From positions 6,295 to 70,294 of the forward strand of contig CANCLK010000002.1 in assembly GCA_947378785.1 (NCBI GenBank): 64,000 nt of DNA. Direction: 5' to 3'. Made by a program: the position numbers and the translations under genes. The notes below the pieces were generated by a model. The model saw only the letters and a program-made list of their open reading frames with translations, did no database searches and was not told the origin of the DNA. This DNA is from Comamonadaceae bacterium. GTDB lineage: Bacteria; Pseudomonadota; Gammaproteobacteria; Burkholderiales; Burkholderiaceae_C. How positions within the stretch are numbered: position 1 is the stretch's first letter; each line of letters begins with the position of its first letter. This document shows positions 49,750-58,694 of this stretch, piece by piece.

Positions 49750-49767
49750 GAACTAACAAGTTCGTAC
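49750..49767. promoter_or_regulatory. Imperfect palindrome, candidate TetR operator
   Basis: GAACTAACAAGTTCGTAC upstream of the TRAP operon. Confidence 0.45.
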
Positions 49768-49801
49768 ATTACGTGCTGCATCCTTCAACCGGAGACAAAC
49801 C

Positions 49802-50335
49802 GTGCTCAAAAAAACGATAGATCTGTACTGCCAGTTACTGAGTTACCTCATCGCAGCCGCCTTGGCGCTGATGGTGGTGTTGGTCTTTGGCAATGTGTTC
49901 ATGCGCTACGCCTTCAATTCTGGCTTCACGCTGTCTGAAGAGCTGTCGCGGTGGTTGTTTGTGTGGCTGACCTTCATGGGTGCGGTGGTGGCCTTGCGCA
50001 GCAACGCGCATCTGGGGACTGACATGTTGGTTGGCAAACTAGGACCGACGGGCAAGAAAATCTGCATGGGCTTGTCGCTGCTACTCATGCTGTATTGCCT
50101 GTGGTTGCTGTTCAAAGGCGCGTACGACCAGACGATCATCAACCTGACCTCGACCAGCGCTGTGATGGAAGTGTCCATGGCCTGGTTTTATGCCTCGGGC
50201 ATGGTGTTTTCTGTGCTGGGTGCGCCCATCATCTTGAATGACCTGTGGCGCTTGTTGACCGGTCAGATTGAAGATGATCAGTTGGTGCTGATTCAGGAGT
50301 CCGAAGAAGCGCCGCATGCAGATGTCAGCCGTTGA
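49802..50335 (+). CDS. TRAP small permease DctQ
   Basis: RY.FN..SEELSR..FVWLTF.GA..H. Confidence 0.93.
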   Translation: MLKKTIDLYCQLLSYLIAAALALMVVLVFGNVFMRYAFNSGFTLSEELSRWLFVWLTFMGAVVALRSNAHLGTDMLVGKLGPTGKKICMGLSLLLMLYCLWLLFKGAYDQTIINLTSTSAVMEVSMAWFYASGMVFSVLGAPIILNDLWRLLTGQIEDDQLVLIQESEEAPHADVSR

Positions 50336-50378
50336 GCACGGCGCACCCATCAAACAGAATAAAAAATAGAGGTCGGAT

Positions 50379-51656
50379 ATGACGATTGCCATTTTCTTGG
50401 GCTCCTTGCTCGCCGCTATGGCGCTGGGCGTGCCGATTGCTTTTTCATTGCTGTTGTGCGGTGCCGCGTTGATGTGGCACATGAACATGTTTGACGCGCA
50501 AATCCTCGCGCAAAACGTCATGGAAGGCGCCAACAGCTTTCCGCTGCTGGCGGTACCATTCTTCATGCTCGCCGGTGAGATCATGAACGCGGGCGGCTTG
50601 TCGCGGCGCATTGTGAACTTCGCCATGGCCTTGGTCGGCCACGTGCGTGGCGGCTTGGGTTATGTGACCATCGTCGCGGCCGTCATCATGGCCTCGCTGT
50701 CGGGCTCAGCGGTAGCCGATGCGGCTGCCTTAACGGCTTTGCTGCTGCCAATGATGATCGCCGCCGGCCATGACCGCGGCCGCTCAGCTGGTCTGATCGC
50801 ATCGGCCGGCATCATTGCCCCGATCATTCCACCCAGCATTGGCTTCGTGATTTTTGGTGTGGCCGCCAATGTGTCAATTTCAAAGCTGTTCATGGCCGGC
50901 ATCTTTCCGGGAATTTGGCTCGCGCTGTCGCTGGTCGCCACGTGGTGGTGGTTGGTGCGCAAAGAAGCCATCACGCCACCGCCGCGCAAGTCACTGGGAG
51001 AAGTGCTGGAAGCCATGCGGTTAGCAACGTGGGCGCTGGTGTTGCCGTTCATCATCGTTTTTGGACTGAAATTCGGCGTTTTTACGCCAACAGAGGCCGC
51101 GGTGGTGGCTGCTGTTTACGCCTTGGTCATCTCAGTGTTTGTTTACCGTGAACTGAACTTTAAAAAGCTGGTTCCTTTGTTTGTGTCCGCCGCTGTGACC
51201 TGTTCGGTAGTGATGTTTTTGGTGGCCGCCGCGATGGTCTCGGCCTGGTTGATCACGGTGGCCAATTTACCTGCGCAAGTGGTTGAGTTGATGCAGCCTT
51301 TGCTAGACAGCCCCCGCTTGCTGATGTTGGCGATCATGGTGTTGACCATGGTGGTAGGCACAGCGCTGGACATGACGCCGACCATATTGCTACTGACGCC
51401 GGTGCTGATGCCGGTGATCAAGGCCGCTGGCATTGACCCGGTTTATTTTGGCGTGCTGTTCATCATCAACAATGCCATTGGCCTCATCACGCCGCCCGTT
51501 GGGACGGTGCTGAATGCGGTGGCAGGCGTTGGAAAAATGGGCATGGACGAAGTGACGAAAGGTGTGATTCCATTCATGATCGCTCAGTTCGCCGCAATGT
51601 TCTTGATGATCGCCTTTCCGCAATTGATCATGGTACCGGCGCGCTGGTTCTATTGA
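50379..51656 (+). CDS. TRAP large permease DctM
   Basis: LLAVPFF, SGSAVAD, IIPPSI, FTPTEA, TPPVG. Confidence 0.95.
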   Translation: MTIAIFLGSLLAAMALGVPIAFSLLLCGAALMWHMNMFDAQILAQNVMEGANSFPLLAVPFFMLAGEIMNAGGLSRRIVNFAMALVGHVRGGLGYVTIVAAVIMASLSGSAVADAAALTALLLPMMIAAGHDRGRSAGLIASAGIIAPIIPPSIGFVIFGVAANVSISKLFMAGIFPGIWLALSLVATWWWLVRKEAITPPPRKSLGEVLEAMRLATWALVLPFIIVFGLKFGVFTPTEAAVVAAVYALVISVFVYRELNFKKLVPLFVSAAVTCSVVMFLVAAAMVSAWLITVANLPAQVVELMQPLLDSPRLLMLAIMVLTMVVGTALDMTPTILLLTPVLMPVIKAAGIDPVYFGVLFIINNAIGLITPPVGTVLNAVAGVGKMGMDEVTKGVIPFMIAQFAAMFLMIAFPQLIMVPARWFY

Positions 51657-51750
51657 AATGTTTGGTTTGTCGTCTGCCCGGGTACGCCAGTCGACAAACA
51701 CCTTCATGCTTGCGTACGGCCTGACAACAACCTTATTTGGAGACAAACTC

Positions 51751-52746
51751 ATGAAACGTGTATTTATCAAAACCGTGATGGCAGGCGTGATTCTGGCCGC
51801 TGCAGGCATGGCATCGGCTCAAGACAAAACCATCAAGTTCGCGACGCAAAATCCGAAAGGTCACCCGATCGTGATCGGCATGGAAAAGTTCGCTGAAATC
51901 GTACAAGCCAAGACTGCCGGCAAGATCAAAGTCAACCTGTTCCCCGGTGGCGTTCTGGGCAGCGACCAGGCCAATGTGTCGGCCTTGCAAGGTGGCTCGG
52001 TCGAGATGCTCTCCCTGAACTCCGGCATTCTGGCCAGTCAGGTCAAAGACTTTGGCGTGTTCGACTTCCCGTTCTTGTTTGCTAGTGAGAAAGAAGCCGA
52101 CGCCGTGGTCGATGGCGCTTTCGGTAAAAAAATGCACGCCAAGTTGCAAGAAAAAGGCATGGTTGGTTTGGGCTACTACGAGCTGGGTTTTCGCAGCATC
52201 ACCAACAGCAAGCGCGCCATCAACAAGGTTGCTGACCTAGAGGGCCTGAAGCTGCGCGTGATCCCGAACCCGGTCAACGTCGACTGGGTCAAGGCCGTCG
52301 GCGCTAATCCGACACCGCTGCCATTTCCTGAGGTGTATGCCGCGTTGGAGCAAAAAGCCATAGATGGCCAAGAGAATCCGATCACGGTGATCAATGCCAA
52401 CAAGTTCTACGAAGTTCAAAAATTCGTGGCGTTGACCAACCACCAGTACAACCCACAGTCGGTGATCATGAGCAAGAAATTCTGGGACAGCCTGTCGGCT
52501 GCCGAGAAGACCATCGTGCAAGATGCCTTGACCGAGTCTGTCAAGGTTCAGCGTGCTGCCGCCCGTGGCCAAGTGGCCGGTGCTTTGGCCAACATGAAGA
52601 CGAATGGCATGAGCGTGACTGAGCTGCCGGCCGCTGAAATGGCCATCTTGCGTGACAAGATGAAACCGGTGATCGCCAAGCATGGTGAGCCGATAGCCGC
52701 GACCGTGGCTGAGTTGCAGGCCGAGTTGGCCAAACTGCGCAAGTGA
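51751..52746 (+). CDS. TRAP substrate-binding protein DctP
   Basis: GFR, GLKLR, EVY.AL..DGQENP; GGAG RBS. Confidence 0.95.
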   Translation: MKRVFIKTVMAGVILAAAGMASAQDKTIKFATQNPKGHPIVIGMEKFAEIVQAKTAGKIKVNLFPGGVLGSDQANVSALQGGSVEMLSLNSGILASQVKDFGVFDFPFLFASEKEADAVVDGAFGKKMHAKLQEKGMVGLGYYELGFRSITNSKRAINKVADLEGLKLRVIPNPVNVDWVKAVGANPTPLPFPEVYAALEQKAIDGQENPITVINANKFYEVQKFVALTNHQYNPQSVIMSKKFWDSLSAAEKTIVQDALTESVKVQRAAARGQVAGALANMKTNGMSVTELPAAEMAILRDKMKPVIAKHGEPIAATVAELQAELAKLRK

Positions 52747-52753
52747 ATGAGGT

Positions 52754-52777
52754 CCGCCACGGCGCAAGTCGTGGCGG
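52754..52777 (+). promoter_or_regulatory. GNRA-loop hairpin after dctP
   Basis: CCGCCACGGC-GCAA-GTCGTGGCGG with no U-tract. Confidence 0.55.
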
Positions 52778-52804
52778 TTGATTGTTTCGGAATCAATTTT
52801 TGAC

Positions 52805-53857
52805 ATGACCAAAACTCGAATTGCAGTGGCCGGTGCCGGCTACATCGGTCAGGCTCATATAGGCGTGGCCCAGCGCAGTTCGAGTTGTCAGTTGTCAGCG
52901 ATCGTTGATCCTTCGCCGGTTGCCGCAGCGCTTGCTGCGCAAGCCGGTGTTCCGTTGTTCAAAAACATACAAGAGCTGCTTGCCAACGACCGTCCCGACG
53001 GGCTCGTGTTGGCGACGCCCAATCACTTGCATGTGCCGCAGGCGCTGCAGTGCATTGATGCCGGTTTGCCCATCCTTCTTGAAAAGCCAATCGCCACCAG
53101 CGTGGCTGAAGGCGAGCAGTTGCTCCGGGTGGTGAATGCGACTGGCGCCAAGGTTTTGATTGGCCACCACCGTGCGCACAGTCCGATCATGGCGAAAGCG
53201 CGTGAAGTGCTTGATGCTGGCAAGCTGGGCCAGCTCGTGGCGGTCATGGGGAGTGCAACTTTTTTCAAGCCCGACGCGTACTACGCGGACGCGCCATGGC
53301 GGCGTGAGCTTGGCGGCGGGCCGATCTTGCTGAACATGATCCACGAAGTGCACAACCTGCGCATGTTGTGCGGCGAGATTGTGGCGGTGCAGGCCTTTGC
53401 CTCGCACGCGACACGCGGCTTTCCCGTAGAAGACACGGTCGCCATCAACCTGCGCTTTGCCAGCGGCGTGCTGGGCACTTTCTTGCTGTCTGACACCGCT
53501 GCCTGTGCTCGCAGTTGGGAGCAGACCAGCCAGGAAAACAAAGCCTACACAACGTACGAAGACGAAGATTGCTACGTCATCACCGGTACCAACGGTAGCC
53601 TGTCGGTGCCGACCATGCGGCTGAAAACCTACCCCCGGCCGGAAGACCGTTCGTGGTGGAAAGAGTTTGAAGTCGGTGTCGTGGGCATGGTGCGCGATGA
53701 CCCGCTGAAGCATCAGATGGAACACTTTGGCCAAGTCGTACGCGGTGAGGCATTGCCCTTGGTCAGCGCGCACGACGGTCTGCTGAACCTGCGCGTCACA
53801 GAAGCCATCGTTGAAGCGGCACGCACGGGCCAGACTGTTAACCTAGACGCTGGCTGA
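52805..53857 (+). CDS. Gfo/Idh/MocA family oxidoreductase
   Basis: GAGYIG, ATPNHLH, EKP, GGP..N.IH. Confidence 0.92.
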   Translation: MTKTRIAVAGAGYIGQAHIGVAQRSSSCQLSAIVDPSPVAAALAAQAGVPLFKNIQELLANDRPDGLVLATPNHLHVPQALQCIDAGLPILLEKPIATSVAEGEQLLRVVNATGAKVLIGHHRAHSPIMAKAREVLDAGKLGQLVAVMGSATFFKPDAYYADAPWRRELGGGPILLNMIHEVHNLRMLCGEIVAVQAFASHATRGFPVEDTVAINLRFASGVLGTFLLSDTAACARSWEQTSQENKAYTTYEDEDCYVITGTNGSLSVPTMRLKTYPRPEDRSWWKEFEVGVVGMVRDDPLKHQMEHFGQVVRGEALPLVSAHDGLLNLRVTEAIVEAARTGQTVNLDAG

Positions 53858-53905
53858 AGCCGTTCAAAAGCGACATAAACCCCATTCACGTTCCAAGGAA
53901 AAACC

Positions 53906-54349
53906 ATGAAAATTCTCATGCTGCATGGCATCAACCACAACATGTTCGGCAAGCGCGACCCGGGTCAGTACGGCACCATCACACTGGACGAAATCAATGC
54001 ATCGCTCGTCGCCTTGGGCCAAGAACTTGGCACCACGATCGAGGCCTACCAAACCAACAGCGAAGGCGACATGTGCGAGCGCATCCATCAAGGCTACGCC
54101 GAGGGCGTGGACGCGGTGCTGATCAACGCCGGTGCCTGGACGCATTACAGCTACGGCATTCGTGACGCATTGGCCATCCTGACCTGTCCGATCGTTGAGT
54201 TGCACATGTCCAACATCCATGCGCGCGAAGCTTTTCGCCACGTCTCAGTCTTCGCTGAAATCGTCAAAGGCCAGATCTGCGGCTTCGGCGTTGACAGCTA
54301 TTTGTTGGCGTTGCGCGCTGCCGTCTCGGCGGTGCAAGCGGCTAAGTAA
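53906..54349 (+). CDS. aroQ: Type II 3-dehydroquinate dehydratase
   Basis: N.FGKRDP..YG, NAGAWTHYS..RDA, ELHMSN..RE.FRH. Confidence 0.94.
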   Translation: MKILMLHGINHNMFGKRDPGQYGTITLDEINASLVALGQELGTTIEAYQTNSEGDMCERIHQGYAEGVDAVLINAGAWTHYSYGIRDALAILTCPIVELHMSNIHAREAFRHVSVFAEIVKGQICGFGVDSYLLALRAAVSAVQAAK

Positions 54350-54395
54350 ATCGCACTTCCGCACAGCCCTTTTTCCTGATTCTTCATTGCTCTAC

Positions 54396-55232
54396 ATGCT
54401 CATCAACGGCCACACTGAAATCATCCCGCACATTGGTTTTCCGACGCACGCTTTCAAGGCGCCGATGATCTACAACCCCTACTTTGAGCAGCAGGGGATC
54501 AATGCGCTGGTGGTGCCCATGGGGTGTCGGGCTGAGGACTACCCGGTCTTTTTGCGCTCGGTGTTCAAGCTCAGCAACATCCGTGGGGCACTGATTACCA
54601 TGCCGCACAAGGTCACCACCATTGGGCTGGTTGACGAGTTGTCGCCGGCGGCGGTCATCGCGGGCGCCTGCAACGCGGTGCGACTGGGCCCGCAAGGACA
54701 GCTGCAGGGTGACATGTTTGACGGCGAGGGCTTTGTGCGCGGCGTGTCCCGCAAGGGCTTCAAGCTGCAAGGTGCCAATGTGTTGGTGGTTGGTTCCGGC
54801 GGCGTTGGCTCAGCGATTGCCGCGTCGCTGGCGGCGGCAGGCATCGCAGCCATCAGTGTGTATGACGTCAACGGGGCCTCGGCTGAGGCGCTTGCCGACC
54901 GTTTGAAAGCGCATTACCCGGCGTTGCAAGTGCGCACGGGTAGCAACGATCCTGCCGGCCACGACTTGGTGGCCAACGCCACCCCAATGGGCATGAATGA
55001 GGGCGATGCCTTGCCAATGGATGTGGCGCGCATCGCGCCGTCCACGTTTGTGGGCGAAGTGGTCATGCGGACCGAGATGACGTCCTTTTTGAATGCGGCT
55101 AAAGCCCGCGGCTGTCTGGTGCAGATTGGCACTGACATGTTGTATGAGCAGATCCCGGCTTACCTCGAGTATTTCGGTCTGCCGAGCACCACGCCCGACG
55201 TTTTGCGCGCGGCGGCCCGACTCAGTTACTGA
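54396..55232 (+). CDS. Shikimate/quinate dehydrogenase family protein
   Basis: TMPHK, GACNA, DG.GF, GSGGVG, NATPMG. Confidence 0.9.
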   Translation: MLINGHTEIIPHIGFPTHAFKAPMIYNPYFEQQGINALVVPMGCRAEDYPVFLRSVFKLSNIRGALITMPHKVTTIGLVDELSPAAVIAGACNAVRLGPQGQLQGDMFDGEGFVRGVSRKGFKLQGANVLVVGSGGVGSAIAASLAAAGIAAISVYDVNGASAEALADRLKAHYPALQVRTGSNDPAGHDLVANATPMGMNEGDALPMDVARIAPSTFVGEVVMRTEMTSFLNAAKARGCLVQIGTDMLYEQIPAYLEYFGLPSTTPDVLRAAARLSY

Positions 55233-55282
55233 GTAATGTGAATAGCGTGAGCAACAGAGCATCCGGTGGAAGGGTTTGACCC

Positions 55283-55317
55283 GATGCAATCAAGGTGTTA
55301 AGGGGTTTGATTGCATC
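55283..55317. promoter_or_regulatory. Perfect 11-bp inverted repeat upstream of lysR
   Basis: GATGCAATCAA-N13-TTGATTGCATC. Confidence 0.55.
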
Positions 55318-55338
55318 CAAAATTGCACATAATCTGGC

Positions 55339-56262
55339 ATGGCCAAACTCAAACAGCTTGAATCCTTCGTCTCTGTGGCCACCCGCGGCAGCCTGACGGC
55401 AGCCGCCAAAGCTGAAGGCGTCGCGCCTGCCATCATGGGGCGGCGGCTCGACGCGCTGGAAAGCCGGCTCGGCGTCAAATTGCTGGTTCGCACCACGCGC
55501 CGTATCAGTTTGACGCATGAAGGCAGTGCTTTTCTCGAGGACTGCCAGCGCCTGCTGATCGATGTGGCGAATGCCGAAGCCAGCGTGTCAGCTGGCGGCG
55601 TCAAGGCCAGCGGGCATCTGCGGATCACCGCCCCGGCGGGTTTTGGACGACGTCATGTGGCGCCACTGGTGACGCGCTTTCGAGAGCAGCATGCTGACGT
55701 CACCATCTCGCTCAATCTGAGCGACCGCGTCGTCGATCTGGCTGGCGAGGGCTTTGACTGCGCAATACGGGTCGGCGACATGCCGGACTCGTCTTTGGTG
55801 AGTGTGCGCATGGCCGACAACCGGCGCCTGTGCGTGGCCACGCCCGACTACCTGCGACGCCATGGCACACCGCAGCAGCCCTCGGAACTGGCGCGTTTTG
55901 ATTGTCTGACGCTCTCCAGCGATGCCTCGCAAACGCGTGGTTGGGCATTTCGCATCAACGGCGAACTGCAGCACCTCAAGCCCGGCGGTCCGTTGGATTG
56001 CTCGGACGGGCAAGTGCTGCACGACTGGTGTCTGGCCGGTTATGGGATTGCGTGGCGAAGCACTTGGGAAGTCGAGGCCGAGATTGCAGCGGGGAAATTG
56101 GTGGCTGTGTTGCAAGACTTTGACGCGCCGGCGAATGGTATTTTTGCCGTGTTCCCGCAGCGCAAACACCTGCCTCTGCGGGTCCGTCTGTGGATCGACT
56201 TCCTGAAGCACAGCTACGGCCAGCCCGAGTTCTGGACAGCCCCGCGGCCAGATCAACGGTAA
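55339..56262 (+). CDS. LysR family regulator (CrgA-like)
   Basis: GSLTAAA..RRLDALE.RLGVKLL.RTTR. Confidence 0.94.
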   Translation: MAKLKQLESFVSVATRGSLTAAAKAEGVAPAIMGRRLDALESRLGVKLLVRTTRRISLTHEGSAFLEDCQRLLIDVANAEASVSAGGVKASGHLRITAPAGFGRRHVAPLVTRFREQHADVTISLNLSDRVVDLAGEGFDCAIRVGDMPDSSLVSVRMADNRRLCVATPDYLRRHGTPQQPSELARFDCLTLSSDASQTRGWAFRINGELQHLKPGGPLDCSDGQVLHDWCLAGYGIAWRSTWEVEAEIAAGKLVAVLQDFDAPANGIFAVFPQRKHLPLRVRLWIDFLKHSYGQPEFWTAPRPDQR

Positions 56263-56470
56263 ATACATTTAAAAGTTTTATATTTTTGGTTTTGTCCTCC
56301 CGTCCTACAGTCTTTTTTAGTATCCATTGGTAAGGTGTTCTCCTCGCCAGTTTTTTCAACATTGAGTCTTATTTTTCATCACTCAATCCACTGACTCCCA
56401 GCTGCCGCGTCCCGGCCGGCTGCCGTGGCGCTTTTATTCGCCACCCCGCTAGGGGATTCAAGGAGCTGAA

Positions 56471-57184
56471 TTGCACAAAACCATACTCGCCACCGATCTG
56501 GACGGTACCTTTCTGGGTGGCTCAGATGCACAACGCACCGAGCTGTACGACTGGATCCTGGCGCGCCGCGACGAGATTGTGCTGATCTATGCCAGTGGTC
56601 GCAGCCTGACCGCCATGCAAGACGTGTTGAATGATCTACCTCTGCAGCCGGACCACATCATTGCCGATGTGGGCACCAGCTTTTACAGCGGTCCGCTCTT
56701 TTTGCCACATGCCGAGATGGAGGCGTGGTTCGATGGTTGCTGGGCAACAGACGCCCGCGAGCGAATTAACGCCGTGCTGCGTGAGCATCCCCACCTGAAA
56801 ATCCAACCGATGGTTGAAGGTCGCCGCATCTCTTGCTTTTATACCGACACAGCGCTGGCCATGGCTGCGCGCGACGCTCTCGCACCGCTGGGTTTTGACG
56901 TGTTGTTGTCCGATGAGATGTACCTTGATGTCCTGCCACATGGCGTGCAAAAGGGGCCGACGTTGCTCCGGACATTGAGTGCGTTGAATCTGCCGCCTGA
57001 ACGCACGCTGGTGGCCGGCGACACCTTGAACGATTTTTCGCTGTTTCAGACGGGTCTGGCCGGCGTGGCCGTGGCCAATCGCGAGCCACTGTTGACTGCA
57101 GCAATCGCCGACCTGACCCATGTGCATCAAAGTGAGCTGGAGGGCGCCGCTGGCGTGCTTGAAGCATTGCGCCGCTTTCACTGA
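56471..57184 (+). CDS. HAD-IIB phosphatase, probable glucosylglycerol-phosphate phosphatase
   Basis: LATDLDGTFL, SGR, DVLP.GV.KG, AGDTLND; AAGGAG RBS with TTG start. Confidence 0.85.
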   Translation: MHKTILATDLDGTFLGGSDAQRTELYDWILARRDEIVLIYASGRSLTAMQDVLNDLPLQPDHIIADVGTSFYSGPLFLPHAEMEAWFDGCWATDARERINAVLREHPHLKIQPMVEGRRISCFYTDTALAMAARDALAPLGFDVLLSDEMYLDVLPHGVQKGPTLLRTLSALNLPPERTLVAGDTLNDFSLFQTGLAGVAVANREPLLTAAIADLTHVHQSELEGAAGVLEALRRFH

Positions 57185-57195
57185 AGGATCTCAAT

Positions 57196-58694
57196 ATGAA
57201 CACCGAACTGGTCGTCGTCTATCACCGCCAACCCTACGAAGAGGTCATCGAAAACGGAGCCATGACGCTGCGAGAGCCGCGCAGCCCGAATGGCATCATC
57301 CCGTCGATCAAGGGATTTTTCAGCCAGGTTGACAAGGCATCTGGGTCGCCTGGAAAAAAGCGCCGGTCGGCAAAAAAGGGAAATTCGAGCGCCGTATCAC
57401 CATGAAGGAAAGCACAGGCGACTACGACCTGGTGCGCCTGCCACTGGATGCTGCGCAGATCAATCAGTTCTACCATGTGGTGTCGAAAGAAGCGCTGTGG
57501 CCGGTGCTCAACTCCTTCCCTTGGCTGTACTCGACAGAGAACACCGATTGGTCGATGTTTCGCGAGGTCAACCGGCTGTTTGCCGAGGCCGCCTGCGAGC
57601 AAGCGGCGCAGGGTGCGGTGGTCTGGATCCATGACTACAACCTGTGGCTGGTGCCGAAGTTTGTGCGCCAGATGCGGCCTGATTTGAAGATCGCCTTCAT
57701 GCACCACACGCCGTTTCCCAGCCCGGATGTTTTCAACATCATGCCGTGGCGTGACGAGATTCTGGGCAGCTTGCTGGACTGCGACATGATCGGGTTCCAT
57801 GTGGCGCGTTACAGCCAGAACTTTTGCGCCGTGGCCCAAGGCCTGCGCAGCGGCATCACCCGGCACGAAGAACCGGTGCCCGAGGCGATTCGCACCAGCG
57901 GGCAGGGCATGTCCGAGCCGGTGGTGACCAGCAGCTTGGACTACGAGGGGCGCAACATTTTGATAGACACCTGGCCGATTGGCACCACGCCGGATCGCAT
58001 CATCGCCGCCGTCGAGTCCGAGGCCGGCTTGGCCTGCACCGACAAAATGCGCAGCGACCTGAACTCCGAAATTGTCATTGTCTCGGTCAGTCGGGTGGAC
58101 TACGCCAAGGGCACGCGCCAGCAGCTCGACGCGTTTGACCGTCTGCTGCGCCGTCGCCCTGAACTTTTGGGCCGCATCAAGCTGCTGCTGGTGACGGTGT
58201 CTGCCGCCGATGGCATGGAGGTCTACAAAGCCGAGCAGCGCAAGATTGAACAACTGGTCGGCCGCATCAACGGGCACTTCGGCTCCATGAGCTGGCTGCC
58301 CATCATGTTGTCGACCACGCCGCTGCCCTTTGAAGAGGTGGTGTGCGCTTACCGGGCCGCCGACATCGCCTGGATCACCCCGCTGCGTGACGGTCTGAAC
58401 TTGGTTGCCAAAGAGTTTGTGGCTGCTAAAAATGGCGAGCCCGGCGTGCTGGTGTTGTCTGAGTTTGCGGGCTCTGCGATGGAGTTGAAAGACGCGGTGC
58501 TGGCCAACCCCTTCAGCCGCAATTCCATGGACGATGCCATCGACCAAGCGATCGACATGCCGGAAGCGGAACGCCGCGCCCGCATGCAAGGCCTGTTGGC
58601 GCATGTCAAGCAATATGACATCGGTTACTGGACCCGGCATGTGCTGGCGAAGTTTGCCAAGCTCACCGTAAAATCAGCGGATGCTCTCGATTAA
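57196..58694 (+). pseudogene. ggpS: Glucosylglycerol-phosphate synthase (GT20) split by a 1-nt frameshift at ~57340
   Basis: YHRQPYEE..SPNGIIP in frame 0; WVAW, WIHDYNL, HHTPFP, RVDYAKG, DGLNLVAKE, LSEFAG in the -1 frame. Confidence 0.8.

Noticed and set aside
57354-57378. Evolved programmed -1 frameshift as the primary explanation
   Set aside because: The conserved WVAW lies in the -1 frame upstream of the heptamers, and Lys-Lys codons produce them automatically after a 1-nt loss; kept only as a possible leak
57234-58640. 468-aa minus-strand ORF (also 47215-48279, 62709-63752, 52895-53773, 24882-25703)
   Set aside because: Antisense shadows of recognisable genes, expected at high GC; no family motifs
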